Shown: in pieces, positions 37,071 through 47,207 of the stretch
Layout: every line of letters begins with the position of its first letter
How positions within the stretch are numbered: the first letter of the stretch is position 1
Origin: a bacterium
Lineage (GTDB): Bacteria > Patescibacteriota > Microgenomatia > Daviesbacterales > UBA10151
Direction of reading: 5' to 3'
Length of the DNA: 64,000 bases
Assembly (NCBI GenBank): GCA_021786105.1
Contig: JAJYNW010000005.1
Span: 52,537 to 116,536 of the forward strand
Program-made: the position numbers and the translations under genes
Notes under the pieces: generated by a model
The model's input: the letters and a program-made list of their open reading frames with translations, nothing else
Told to the model about the DNA's origin: nothing
The model's database searches: none

Positions 37071-37931
37071 ATGAAAATATCGGTAGCGTTAGCTGCATAC
37101 AATGAAGAGGAGAATATTGGCGAGTGCTTAAAATCTATCCAGGATTTAGCGGATGAGATAGTTGTGGTGGTTGGTAAGTCTCCGGATAAGACGGCTGAAA
37201 TAGCTAGAGGCTTTGGTGCAAAGGTTGTGGAAATTGAGAATGACCCAACAATGTTTCACAGGATGAAACAAAAAGCTTTTGATTTAGCTCAGGGCGAATG
37301 GGTTCTCTATTTAGATGCGGATGAGAGGGTTTCTTTAAAACTTGCTGAGGAAATTAAAAAAATAACCTCAATGAGTGATGAGGAAATTGAAAAATATCAA
37401 AAAAGTCTCAAGGACAGAAACCTATTTTTGCGCCACCAAAAGTTATTGGAGGGCAGGGATGGCAAAATCGGCGATGAGAATAAAGAATACGTTGCTTTTT
37501 TCTTTCCGCGTTTAAACTTTTTCCTGGGTAAATACTTACGTTTTGGAGGTGTATATCCGGATGGTGTGATTAGGCTATTTAAGAAGGGTAAGGCCCATCT
37601 TCCCTGTAAGGATGTCCATGAACAGATGACGGTTGAAGGCAAAGTGGGCTGGCTGCAAAATGATTTATTGCATATGGCGGATCCAACATTTTCCAGATAT
37701 TTAAACAGAAACAGCCGTTATATAAGTTTAATTGCCGGCCAGTTAAAAGACCAAAAAGTTGGCAAAAACTTCCTTCAATTTTTTAATTATTTTATTTTTA
37801 AGCCCATACACTGGTTTATTCTGACACAGGTAAGGCATAAAGGTATTCTGGATGGTTTCCAGGGGATAGTTTTTTCTTTCTTTTCTGCTTTGAGGTTCCC
37901 GCGGGCTTACTGGAGGTACTTAACTCAATGA
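37071..37931 (+). CDS. GT2 glycosyltransferase (WaaE/KdtX-like subgroup)
   Basis: ISVALAAYNEEENI, DLADEIVVVVGKSPDKT and LDADER motifs; third paralog of this GT2 subgroup. Confidence 0.7.
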   Translation: MKISVALAAYNEEENIGECLKSIQDLADEIVVVVGKSPDKTAEIARGFGAKVVEIENDPTMFHRMKQKAFDLAQGEWVLYLDADERVSLKLAEEIKKITSMSDEEIEKYQKSLKDRNLFLRHQKLLEGRDGKIGDENKEYVAFFFPRLNFFLGKYLRFGGVYPDGVIRLFKKGKAHLPCKDVHEQMTVEGKVGWLQNDLLHMADPTFSRYLNRNSRYISLIAGQLKDQKVGKNFLQFFNYFIFKPIHWFILTQVRHKGILDGFQGIVFSFFSALRFPRAYWRYLTQ

Positions 37932-38977
37932 TTAAGGTTGCTTTAGATACTTCTCCGCTTGTTTCTGGTCATAAAAGCCGGGGAATCGGCTTTTACACCA
38001 AAAATTTACTGGCTGCTATGGAGAAAAACTCAACTATCCAGGTTCGGGAATTTGAAAAAATTGATCAGCTTGAAGATGCCGATATTATCCACTATCCCTA
38101 TTTTGATCTTTTTCAACAAACACTCCCCTTTAGGAAAAAACTCCCTACAGTTGTTACCATCCATGATGTTATTCCCTTGGAGTTTCCCCAACATTATCCT
38201 TCCGGTGTTCGGGGATCAATGAATAATTTTCTTCAAAAAATATCTTTAAAAAATGTTGCGGCAGTACTTACCGATTCCAAATTTTCACAGCAAGAAATCA
38301 TTAAGTACTTGGGTGTGCCAAAGGAAAAAGTCTTTCCGGTTTATCTGGCACCAGCGGCCCATTTTCATCAGATCAAAGATCAAAATGTTCTGAAAAATAC
38401 CCAACAAGAGTTCCAGTTACCGGAGAAGTTTGCTTTATTTAGCGGCGGTGCTAACTATAATAAAAATTTGCTTAATCTTACAGAGGCAACTTTAAAAGCA
38501 GGCTTGGATTTAGTAGTGGTGGGCAAGAGTTTTGAAACCCGGGAAAACCTTAACCATCCGGAACTTTCGACTTTTGCTGAATTTTTAAAAAAATACGTCG
38601 ACAATCCATTGGTCCATATGTTGGGTTTTGTGGAAGATGCGGATTTGGTAGCAATAATGAATCTGGCAACAGTTCTGCTTTTACCTTCCTTTGCTGAAGG
38701 ATTCGGGCTGACTATCTTGGAAGCTCAAATTTGCGGCACGCCGGTGATTACCAGTAATATCTCTTCAATGCCGGAGGTGGCGGGAGAAGGAGCTATTCTA
38801 GTTGATCCATATTCAGTGGCGAATATATCCAAAGCCATTGAAGAGATAGTAACAGATAAGACAGTGGCAGAAGATTTGAGGAAAAAGGGGTTTGAAAATG
38901 TCAGTAAGTTTTCCTGGGAGAAGACTACTGAGGAGACCATTCAGGTTTATGAAAAAGTTATTTCCTCAAGAATTTAA
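37928..38977 (+). CDS. GT4 (GT-B fold) glycosyltransferase
   Basis: SFAEGFGLTILEAQICGTPVITSNISSMPEVAG motif. Confidence 0.75.
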   Translation: MIKVALDTSPLVSGHKSRGIGFYTKNLLAAMEKNSTIQVREFEKIDQLEDADIIHYPYFDLFQQTLPFRKKLPTVVTIHDVIPLEFPQHYPSGVRGSMNNFLQKISLKNVAAVLTDSKFSQQEIIKYLGVPKEKVFPVYLAPAAHFHQIKDQNVLKNTQQEFQLPEKFALFSGGANYNKNLLNLTEATLKAGLDLVVVGKSFETRENLNHPELSTFAEFLKKYVDNPLVHMLGFVEDADLVAIMNLATVLLLPSFAEGFGLTILEAQICGTPVITSNISSMPEVAGEGAILVDPYSVANISKAIEEIVTDKTVAEDLRKKGFENVSKFSWEKTTEETIQVYEKVISSRI

Positions 38978-40103
38978 GAGAATCCTTTCTTTGTTTATTA
39001 TTTGGCGGGTATCTTTATTTGTAGTTGCCTTTTTGGCTACTACACTGATCCCCAATTTTGGCGCCCGCTTCCCGTATTATAATAATTTACTGATTCCCAC
39101 CGGGCTACCTTCCTGGATCTGGGGTTTTGGGAATTTTGATGGTGTGCACTTTTTAAGGATTGCCATGCTTGGTTACGAAGGATCAAATCTTTCTCAGGCT
39201 TTTTTCCCGCTGTACCCTCTGCTAATAAAAATATTTGCCTTCGGTAACCAATGGTTTTTGTCAGGTTTCATAGTTGCAAATATTTTTTCCCTATTTAGCT
39301 TATTTGTATTTTATAAACTGGTGAAACTGGACTTTAACGAGAAAGTTGCTTGGAGATCAGTGCTATTGCTTATCGTATTTCCAACCTCATTTTATTTAGG
39401 GTCAATTTATTCAGAATCCTTATTTATTTTCTTGACTATTTCGAGCATTTACCTTTTGAGAAGGAAAAATTATTTAGGAGCAGGTCTTTTGGGAGGAATG
39501 GCTGCCGCTACCCGGCTTGTGGGGTTAATATTGGTACCTCTTTTTCTGGCAGAGATCTATCAAAGAAGAGGTGAGTTAAAAGATATAAGCAAAAAAGAAA
39601 TTGCTAAGTATGTGGCAAGTATAGGGCTTGTTGGCGCAGGCTTTTTGTCTTATGTATATTTTTTACAGATTCGTTTTGCCAATCCGTTGTATTTTCTTTC
39701 TGCCCCTTCTCAATTTGGGACAGGAAGAGAGAATATGCCTTTGGTTCTACTCCCCCAAGTCTTATTTAGATACTTTAAAATGTTAGTTTCTACGCCGGTT
39801 ATCTCCTTACCTTTTTTAAACGCCGCCCTAGAGGTCTTATTTACAGTCATTCCTCTGGCACTTCTGGTGCTTTTCTTTAAAAGGATGAGGTTGAGCTACT
39901 GGTTTTTTACCTTAACTTGTTTGGTAATTCCCACTCTGACCGGAACCTTTACTTCAATGCCCCGATATGCACTTGTAAGTTTCCTGCTACTTCCTTTAGT
40001 CGCCCAAAAAACAGAGCGGTATTTTTATCTTTTAATCCTGTCACTTGTACTCTTGGGGGCAATTTTGTTAGGGTTATTTATTAGGGGGTATTGGGTGGCA
40101 TAA
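38949..40103 (+). CDS. polytopic GT-C-fold glycosyltransferase, PIG-V (mannosyltransferase)-like
   Basis: Start refined from 38892 to ATG 38949 (MKKLFPQ). Motif FDGVHFLRIAMLGYEGSNLSQAFFPLYPLL matches the PIG-V family signature; about 9 TM helices. Confidence 0.5.
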   Translation: MKKLFPQEFKRILSLFIIWRVSLFVVAFLATTLIPNFGARFPYYNNLLIPTGLPSWIWGFGNFDGVHFLRIAMLGYEGSNLSQAFFPLYPLLIKIFAFGNQWFLSGFIVANIFSLFSLFVFYKLVKLDFNEKVAWRSVLLLIVFPTSFYLGSIYSESLFIFLTISSIYLLRRKNYLGAGLLGGMAAATRLVGLILVPLFLAEIYQRRGELKDISKKEIAKYVASIGLVGAGFLSYVYFLQIRFANPLYFLSAPSQFGTGRENMPLVLLPQVLFRYFKMLVSTPVISLPFLNAALEVLFTVIPLALLVLFFKRMRLSYWFFTLTCLVIPTLTGTFTSMPRYALVSFLLLPLVAQKTERYFYLLILSLVLLGAILLGLFIRGYWVA

Positions 40104-40105
40104 AA

Positions 40106-41347
40106 ATGATTCATAAAGTAAAACGCATTGTAAAGAATCCGTTATTTTCCGGCAGCCTGGTTATGATTGTTGGCTCCAACGTTGGCAATGTCATTAATTA
40201 TGTTTACCACTTGATTATGGGAAGAATGTTGGGTCCGTCCGCCTATGGTGAACTGGCAGTGCTGCTTTCCCTATTTGGAATTTTAGGGGTAGCTGCCACT
40301 GCGTTAAACCTGGTAGTAGTTAAATATATTTCGGCTGCAGAAGATGAAAAAGAAATTGCCGGATTGGTAAAGTGGTTTGAAAGCAATACCTTCAGATTAT
40401 CCCTAATTATTTTTGTTTTGATCGCCTTTATCTCTCCACTCGCTGCAAAGTTTCTAAATGTCAGCAGTTTTATCACAATTATCCTCATTGCTTTAGCTGT
40501 TGTCATTTCTTTTATAACTACAGTTGTGCGGTCTGCATTGCAGGGGTTATTAATGTTTACTCAAAATGTAGCCTCGTTCCTGATTGAACATATTTTAAAA
40601 CTAACAATTGGAGTGATACTTGTCGTATTGGGTTTTTCGGTAGGAGGAGCAGTTTTTGCTTTAGTGATAGCAACACTTTTGAGCTTAATCGTTAGTCGGA
40701 AATTTCTTTCTCTTAAACCCTTAAATAGCACAGTTCCATTACCTGTAAAATCAGTCTTGTATTATTCGATGCCTGTTTTATTTCAGTCAATTGCCATTAC
40801 CTCGCTATATTCAACCGATCTTATTTTAGTAAAACATTTTTTTAATTCGCAGGATGCAGGCATTTATGCAGCCGTTTCTACTCTGGGAAAAATAATTTTC
40901 TTTACTGCCGGCCCAATTAGTTCAGTAATGTTTCCTATTGTTTCTAGAAGACATGCAAGAGGTGAAGATTACCAGAAACCTCTTTATTATAGTCTAGTGG
41001 CAACCGCTTTATCAGCTATTGTAGTTTTACTACTTTTTCAGTTTATACCCCAGCAGACATTGACTGTTCTCTATGGAACATCTTATCTTTCTGGTGCGGG
41101 TTTGCTTATATACTTTGGAATCTTTGCAACACTCTTTACATTGTCATCACTACTTATAAATTTCCACCTTTCGCTCAAAAGATCGTGGGTAGTGGTTTTC
41201 CCGATTTTAGCAGCAATAGCGCAGATTATTGGTATCTGGAGTTTCCACTTTAGTCTTTTATCTGTTATTATGGTTTCCATAGTAGTAAGCAGTGGGCTTT
41301 TTGTAAGCCTGTTTGCTTATACAGTTTTCAAATACTATCTGCGCTAA
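40106..41347 (+). CDS. Wzx/PST-family (MOP superfamily) flippase
   Basis: Track start 40091 overlaps the upstream gene; ATG 40106 follows the upstream stop. GRMLGPSAYGEL motif near TM1 and about 12-14 TM helices. Confidence 0.7.
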   Translation: MIHKVKRIVKNPLFSGSLVMIVGSNVGNVINYVYHLIMGRMLGPSAYGELAVLLSLFGILGVAATALNLVVVKYISAAEDEKEIAGLVKWFESNTFRLSLIIFVLIAFISPLAAKFLNVSSFITIILIALAVVISFITTVVRSALQGLLMFTQNVASFLIEHILKLTIGVILVVLGFSVGGAVFALVIATLLSLIVSRKFLSLKPLNSTVPLPVKSVLYYSMPVLFQSIAITSLYSTDLILVKHFFNSQDAGIYAAVSTLGKIIFFTAGPISSVMFPIVSRRHARGEDYQKPLYYSLVATALSAIVVLLLFQFIPQQTLTVLYGTSYLSGAGLLIYFGIFATLFTLSSLLINFHLSLKRSWVVVFPILAAIAQIIGIWSFHFSLLSVIMVSIVVSSGLFVSLFAYTVFKYYLR

Positions 41348-41348
41348 T

Positions 41349-42143
41349 ATGGCTAAGAAGCAATTAATATCGATCATTGTTCCCGCATACCGACAAGGTA
41401 GCACTATAAAGAAAGATTTGGAAAACATAGACCATGTACTTTCGGAAAGCTTACAGGATTTTGATTATGAGATCATTTGTGTTGTAGATGGGATGATCGA
41501 CAAAACTTACGAAGAAGCGCAAAAAGTAAAATTGCCCAGAGTTAAAGTGGTAGGTTATGAGCAGAATAAGGGAAAAGGGTATGCAGTCCGTTTTGGGATG
41601 GCCAGATCAAAAGGAGACCTTATTTCTTTTTTGGATGCAGGAATGGAGATCAGCCCGGCTTCGGTCATGATGTTGATGGCCCATATGAAATGGTATAACG
41701 CTGATATTATCGTTGGTTCCAAGCGCCACCCCGTTTCCCGGGTAAATTATCCACTGTTACGCCATATTTTTAGTATCGGATATCACCTTGGGGTAAAGAT
41801 CCTTTTTGGGTTACCTCTAAGTGATACTCAAAGCGGAATCAAAATATTTAAAAGAAAGGTAATGGAAGTAGTATTGCCTCGGCTATTAGTTAAAAAATAT
41901 GCTATGGATATTGAAATGCTGGCAGTGGCGCGGTGCTTAGGGTTTAAACGCATTTACGAGGCTCCGATTGAGGTGACCTTTGATAAAAAAACGAGTGCAA
42001 TCTCCTGGAAAGTTATTTTAAGGATGGTCATGGATACATTAGCAATTTTTTACCGGCTAAAGGTTCTTGGGTATTACAATGATGGGAATGAAAGAAAATG
42101 GCGTTTTGACCCCGATTTGCATTTCAGAGTAAATGTAGGCTAA
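41349..42143 (+). CDS. GT2 polyprenyl-phosphate sugar synthase (DPM1/GtrB-like)
   Basis: Start refined to ATG 41349 (MAKKQLISIIVPAY). Motifs IICVVDGMIDKT, FLDAGMEI and SDTQSG. Confidence 0.75.
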   Translation: MAKKQLISIIVPAYRQGSTIKKDLENIDHVLSESLQDFDYEIICVVDGMIDKTYEEAQKVKLPRVKVVGYEQNKGKGYAVRFGMARSKGDLISFLDAGMEISPASVMMLMAHMKWYNADIIVGSKRHPVSRVNYPLLRHIFSIGYHLGVKILFGLPLSDTQSGIKIFKRKVMEVVLPRLLVKKYAMDIEMLAVARCLGFKRIYEAPIEVTFDKKTSAISWKVILRMVMDTLAIFYRLKVLGYYNDGNERKWRFDPDLHFRVNVG

Positions 42144-42156
42144 AATACCCTCTAGT

Positions 42157-43182
42157 ATGTTGGCTGAAGCAAAATTAGAAGCCATTCATTTTGGAGTTCG
42201 ATTGGCTGCCGAACAGGTTTTAGGTCATTTAAAACCCGTTAAACTTGATTACAGAGAAGATGCTAATTTAGAAAACGCCTGGGAGGCGAGCCGTAATCAA
42301 GGAAATCACACTGAATCAGCGAGTAGATATTATTCTGTTTACACTACCTCAACAGATACTTTGATCCGGTCTCAAGCTCTAATCGGCCTTACTCGTGGGT
42401 TAATAGATTTGGGTTCATTTGGACAAGCACGACAATTTTTATCTCAGGCTTCAGCGCTATGCAATGATTTTTCAGTTGAGACGAGACGCCGGTTATTTAT
42501 AGCTCATATTGAAGGCCAAAAAGGATGGATAGCAGATTATGAACTTGGTTATCATGCTGAGATTAAACATTTCGGTAACGCTTTGAATGGTTTAAATGTG
42601 GTGCAAAGGTTGGAATGGGGTATACCTGAAGAGGAGCTAAATTCAACTGCTTATCATTGTATTGGCCGTGCAAGAGTGGGATTGGCTGATGCAGGAGTGG
42701 ATAGGGAAGAGAATATTAGGCTTGCTATGGAAGATATCACAATGGCAAGAAGATTGGATGAAAAGTTGCCGATGCCCACTATCAATGAAAAAGTTGGACA
42801 TGGTTTTGCGTGGGAAGCGAGATGTTGTTTGAGGTTGGGAGAGTTTGCCAGAGCTGATGAACTGACCGAGAAAGCAGAACTTAATTTTAGAAAGCACCAT
42901 TCTCTTTTTCCAGATTCTCCAATAATGGCACACTACTACTTGCTTTTAGGAGAACGTGATTTTAAACATGGGTTTACTTTAGAGGCGAGAAGAGATTTTG
43001 AAGAGGCTGCGAGAATTAGAACAGGCAAAAGTGCGATTTACCCAAAAGGTGTATCCGATGCTTATAAGGGTATAGCAGCTACGTACTGGAAGGAAGGAGA
43101 TATAAAGAACGCGGCAAGATTCCTTATTAAGGCAGCAAAAATTAATCCCCAATCGGTAGCTAGAGGAATGTTGGGTGGTTAG
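42157..43182 (+). CDS. soluble TPR-like helical-repeat protein, unknown function
   Basis: No TM helix or signal peptide. Repeated A/Y/G/L-spaced helical pairs (AYKGIAATYWKEGDIKNAARFLIKAAKINP and similar); Arg/Ala-rich, unlike the neighbouring membrane proteins. Confidence 0.4.
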   Translation: MLAEAKLEAIHFGVRLAAEQVLGHLKPVKLDYREDANLENAWEASRNQGNHTESASRYYSVYTTSTDTLIRSQALIGLTRGLIDLGSFGQARQFLSQASALCNDFSVETRRRLFIAHIEGQKGWIADYELGYHAEIKHFGNALNGLNVVQRLEWGIPEEELNSTAYHCIGRARVGLADAGVDREENIRLAMEDITMARRLDEKLPMPTINEKVGHGFAWEARCCLRLGEFARADELTEKAELNFRKHHSLFPDSPIMAHYYLLLGERDFKHGFTLEARRDFEEAARIRTGKSAIYPKGVSDAYKGIAATYWKEGDIKNAARFLIKAAKINPQSVARGMLGG

Positions 43183-43186
43183 ATAG

Positions 43187-43192
43187 TATAAT
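43187..43192 (+). promoter_or_regulatory. TATAAT -10-like hexamer 6 nt upstream of GTG start 43199
   Basis: Exact TATAAT in a 16-nt intergenic gap; the spacing implies transcription would start at or next to the start codon. Confidence 0.25.
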
Positions 43193-43198
43193 AACTTT

Positions 43199-43993
43199 GT
43201 GATTAAATCTATTTTTGTTAGTTCCAAGCACCTTCAGGGAATCGAAAATAGCGGAGCCAACCATTTAGTGGTTAACGGTAGTGATTTAGATAATGAGGGT
43301 TGGGAAAAACTTCAAGGATTAGATACAAGGCTTATTATTTCCGTAAATGCCATAGAAAAAGGCGAAGAAGCTTGTATTTTGGATCCTCAAATTCAAAAAA
43401 GATTACTCGATCGTTTAGATAAAGCCTTGCAATTTCAACCGGAAGGAATTTTGATAGACCGTTTGCGTTTTGGAGGAGATTGTACGGATATTAGGGATGA
43501 AGATATTTCAAAAGCTCACCAAGTATGTCAATTCTGCCAGGGAAAAGATCGCGTAGACACTTTAACGGAATTTGGGAAGCAGCTGAGTAAATATGTAAAT
43601 GGTAGAAGTAAGTTGGGTATTTTTGCCGTTGCTTTTAAGGATGATGAAGCGCCAAAGTTGGGTCAGGTTTTAGGGGTTAATTATTCGAAACTTGGAAAAG
43701 TTTTTGACTTATTTTCTCCGATGTTATATCACCAGATGCTACAAAAACCGGTAACCTATATCTCCGATTATACAAAATGGATAAGTGAGAAAACGGGAAA
43801 ACCAATTTTACCAATCATTCAAATTAAAAACATGCCGGATGATTTAGAGGATAATATTACCGAAGAAGAAATTGCCGCTGCTTTTAATGAGGCTATTAAG
43901 TACCCTTCGGAAGGAATATGCTTTTTCTGGTGGGCTCATGCCTTGGAGAAAAATAAAACAAGCATTATTGGGAAGCTATTTTGCAGCCATTAA
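43199..43993 (+). CDS. soluble protein, possible TIM-barrel glycoside-hydrolase-like fold (unknown)
   Basis: GTG start (first start after an in-frame TAG) and no internal ATG for ~170 codons. No TM helices. Function not recognisable. Confidence 0.3.
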   Translation: MIKSIFVSSKHLQGIENSGANHLVVNGSDLDNEGWEKLQGLDTRLIISVNAIEKGEEACILDPQIQKRLLDRLDKALQFQPEGILIDRLRFGGDCTDIRDEDISKAHQVCQFCQGKDRVDTLTEFGKQLSKYVNGRSKLGIFAVAFKDDEAPKLGQVLGVNYSKLGKVFDLFSPMLYHQMLQKPVTYISDYTKWISEKTGKPILPIIQIKNMPDDLEDNITEEEIAAAFNEAIKYPSEGICFFWWAHALEKNKTSIIGKLFCSH

Positions 43994-43994
43994 T

Positions 43995-46900
43995 TTAGTG
44001 TAGCTTTGGGGAATCGATTAAGAGGTTGGTAACTTTATATTGCCCTTCCGCATTTTTTTTAAAAGACACTTCAATTACTCCTTGATCCAAAGAAAATTCG
44101 GCTCGGTATTTAAACGTGGTCTCGCTCCGATTTACTGAAATTATCGGTTTTCCCAAGCTGACTAAAGGTCCGACCTTAGCATAATTACCATCTCTAATTT
44201 TTTCAAATTCTTTTCGATCAACTTTCTTTAGCAAGTCTGGGCTAAAGTCATGTGTTGTTTGCTCATAATTATTTAAACCGATACCAGCAATTAAATTATC
44301 CACTGTATAAGTTAAAGATTGGGTTCGTGGATTGACTAGGAACTTTGATGAGTCAAATTTAAAAATAGGTAATTTTAAGGTAACAAAAAGAAGAGTTGTG
44401 ACAACCAGAGTAAATATTATTACGTTTCTGTTAATGGTAGGTAATTTAACACTTGCTCTAGGTAAGTAAGAAAATGAACTGTTGAATCTCAGGTAATCTC
44501 TAATGACTACCCCATATACTACAAGGTAATAAAAAGCAAAAATGACAGTTAGATCTACTCTAAGGAAAACCCGATTAAAGGCGGACCCGGTTCCTGTGAT
44601 GCCGTAGAAAAATACCTGTCCCATAAAGTTCATAATATCGAAGAGAATAAGTATTAACCTATTTTTGGAGGTCGGATTTATTAAATAAAGCATTAACATC
44701 ATAAATACGAAATAAAAAGAATGGTTTTGGTATACACCTTTATTAAACATATAATGAGAAAAATAGATTAGCACAGCGGCTGATAAGAAATGAGGGAGGT
44801 CTTTTTTGGAAAATAACCAGTATCTAAAGAGGATAATCCCTGAAATAAGATAGAAAAAATAACCTTGAAAAATTTTAGGCGCTTGGTAAGTCCCTATCTG
44901 CCAATTCATCCAGTTTGACAGTTCCGGCGAACCGAAAATTTGAGGTTGATTTACGTGAAGATAATAAGTAACAATCCAGTTTAAATTCATCGCTAAACCT
45001 GACAATAATGGTGGCGATTCAATTAGGAATTTAATAACTCCGATATCAAAAGAAAACCTGCCGTTGGGTTGGGCGAGGATAAGTAACCAAGTAATAATCG
45101 GTACAAAAAGAAGCCCGATAATGAGTTTTATGGAGGATGGCAAAGTTTGAGAGAGTTTTTCCCGTAGGCTAAAAACTGTTAGCCCAAAAAGAGGAAATAA
45201 GGCCACTGGCTGCCATTTGATCGAAGCAGAAGTTCCTAGGAACAGTCCAGCAAGGAAATATTTTTTCTTAAATAAACAAATGATGGCAAGAATAATTGTG
45301 GGGGCTGTTAAGATATCGGTGGATGTTAAACTATTTGATTGCAGACCTAAAGAAAATGTAGTTAAAAAAATAAGCAGGATATTAGTTTTGTTAAGGCCCC
45401 CTTTCCTCTTAATGATTTTTCCGAGAAGGAGGATTAGTCCCATTGAAATCATATAAAAAACACTGGTGCTTATTTTAGTTGCCAAAGCGAATTGCCCAAC
45501 CACTTCGGGGTGAGAATCTTTGAAGCCAATAATGTTTTGATAAAGATGAGTAAAAGCGGTATAGATAACTGTGGAAAGCGGCGGATATTGATTGTCTGTT
45601 AAAGTGTGGTTGTAGAACGGATTGGCATGAAGAATGGCTACCCGATTGAAGCCCTCAAAAACACCCATATCTGCGGTTCCTTGGGAGGGAATTAAGCTAA
45701 AGTTCAGTAAAAGTATAAGTATGATAAGGAAAACTTTTGAATAGCGTGAAGCTTCTAGCTGTTTTTTAATAGTCGTTCTGTTTAAGACTATTGGAAGTTG
45801 CCACACAGTTAACAACAGGAAGATAGAGGCAAAGAAAAGCTTAAATACTTCTATGTAATTAGAACGCGTATCCGGTCCGACTCCGTTATTCCCGTAGGTT
45901 AAAAAAAGAATACTGAAAGCTAAAACATTGACTAATATTAAACGTACCTGGTTTTCTTTATTTGGCGAGATCATGAATGTCAGAATAGAAAAAATTACCA
46001 ACCATATGAGGTTACCTGCTGAAACTAGAGGGAAAAATACCAAAAATACCATATAGATAATAGAAATGAAATCAAAAAAAGTTGAGGAATCTACGTTTTT
46101 ACAATTTTGAAATTTTTTATACACTAAAAGATACAACAGTAAAAAAGTAAAAGTTAGGGATAAAAACGGGCTTGCTAGGATAGCAAGTGCAAAAGTGATG
46201 GTTAACCAAATAAAGGTATATGTTATTAGTTTTTTCTTTCCAAGGTATGGGCAAAAAATATGCTTTATGAAGTAAAATGAAGAAAAAAAGAGGACGCCTC
46301 CTGTTAATATGGAAGGTAGGATAGCAAGTGTAAGTTGGGAAGGTGTTAACAGATAATATTTCTGTAAATAACCTAATGAGTGATTCAATAGCCAGGGGAT
46401 ATTTAATACCTGGGACGATTTGGTGATAAAGAATGTTGGGGCTAAGACGTAACCATTTACATGAGCGATAGCGGCAAACAAGGTAATTAATGACAGGTTG
46501 AAGACTGTATTTAATTTTGAAGAAGATTTATTCGAAAAAATATATATTGAAAAAATAGGAGCCAAAATTAATAGAGTCCAGTTAAAGAGAATACTTATTA
46601 CATAAAATGTTATGGCTAGGCGGTACCGTTTTCTAAACAGGAATGATAATCCTAGAATAAAAACCGGAGCAATAAATAAGTCCCAGAATCCTAGTGCTAG
46701 ATTAGAAAGCATTAAAGAAAAGCTCAAAAAGTAAACGGTCGCAAGAGAAATTTTTTTAATCCGCCTTGTTTTTACTGACTTGAAGAAGTGAATGAACGAT
46801 ATAAAAGTTAAGAAATATGAAACCAGCAGAAGGGATTTTGATATTATCCACGAGTGTTGTTGGTAATAGAAATTTATGTCTTTGCTGAAAGGGAACCAGT

Positions 46901-47114
46901 GAAGCACAAAGGTGAAAAGAGCAGATGTTCCCGCGTTATACCTAAAAACCAACTCTAATATTGTGTCTACTGTATGTTTTTGTGTTTGAAAAGAAGATGG
47001 GTCGGTCAGTAAGTTATTAAAAAGAGCAAGTGTCGCTACTCCTGGATAGTTATAAAAGAGACTTATGCTTATGAGTATTGCTAAACCTGTAATTAAATAT
47101 AAGTAAATTTTCAT
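43995..47114 (-). CDS. giant (1039 aa) multi-module membrane protein: N-terminal polytopic module + DUF2029/GT87-like GT-C module + C-terminal soluble domain
   Basis: More than 20 hydrophobic segments. The central region has TSASIKWQPVALFPLFGL (K-x-x-P ... PLF, as in 16702 and 22102). The last ~170 aa are hydrophilic. Confidence 0.5.
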   Translation of the reverse strand: MKIYLYLITGLAILISISLFYNYPGVATLALFNNLLTDPSSFQTQKHTVDTILELVFRYNAGTSALFTFVLHWFPFSKDINFYYQQHSWIISKSLLLVSYFLTFISFIHFFKSVKTRRIKKISLATVYFLSFSLMLSNLALGFWDLFIAPVFILGLSFLFRKRYRLAITFYVISILFNWTLLILAPIFSIYIFSNKSSSKLNTVFNLSLITLFAAIAHVNGYVLAPTFFITKSSQVLNIPWLLNHSLGYLQKYYLLTPSQLTLAILPSILTGGVLFFSSFYFIKHIFCPYLGKKKLITYTFIWLTITFALAILASPFLSLTFTFLLLYLLVYKKFQNCKNVDSSTFFDFISIIYMVFLVFFPLVSAGNLIWLVIFSILTFMISPNKENQVRLILVNVLAFSILFLTYGNNGVGPDTRSNYIEVFKLFFASIFLLLTVWQLPIVLNRTTIKKQLEASRYSKVFLIILILLLNFSLIPSQGTADMGVFEGFNRVAILHANPFYNHTLTDNQYPPLSTVIYTAFTHLYQNIIGFKDSHPEVVGQFALATKISTSVFYMISMGLILLLGKIIKRKGGLNKTNILLIFLTTFSLGLQSNSLTSTDILTAPTIILAIICLFKKKYFLAGLFLGTSASIKWQPVALFPLFGLTVFSLREKLSQTLPSSIKLIIGLLFVPIITWLLILAQPNGRFSFDIGVIKFLIESPPLLSGLAMNLNWIVTYYLHVNQPQIFGSPELSNWMNWQIGTYQAPKIFQGYFFYLISGIILFRYWLFSKKDLPHFLSAAVLIYFSHYMFNKGVYQNHSFYFVFMMLMLYLINPTSKNRLILILFDIMNFMGQVFFYGITGTGSAFNRVFLRVDLTVIFAFYYLVVYGVVIRDYLRFNSSFSYLPRASVKLPTINRNVIIFTLVVTTLLFVTLKLPIFKFDSSKFLVNPRTQSLTYTVDNLIAGIGLNNYEQTTHDFSPDLLKKVDRKEFEKIRDGNYAKVGPLVSLGKPIISVNRSETTFKYRAEFSLDQGVIEVSFKKNAEGQYKVTNLLIDSPKLH

Positions 47115-47207
47115 CTGATTAATCCAAGCATACTATTACCGATAGCTTATCTAAAGTCAACCTATATAAAGCTTTAAAATTTTGTTAAAATCACCATAGC
47201 TACACCT

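Noticed and set aside
42157-43182. Possible horizontally acquired island, based on the Arg/Ala-rich composition of the TPR-like protein
   Set aside because: Nucleotide composition by eye is similar to neighbouring genes. The amino-acid difference is explained by it being a soluble protein among membrane proteins.
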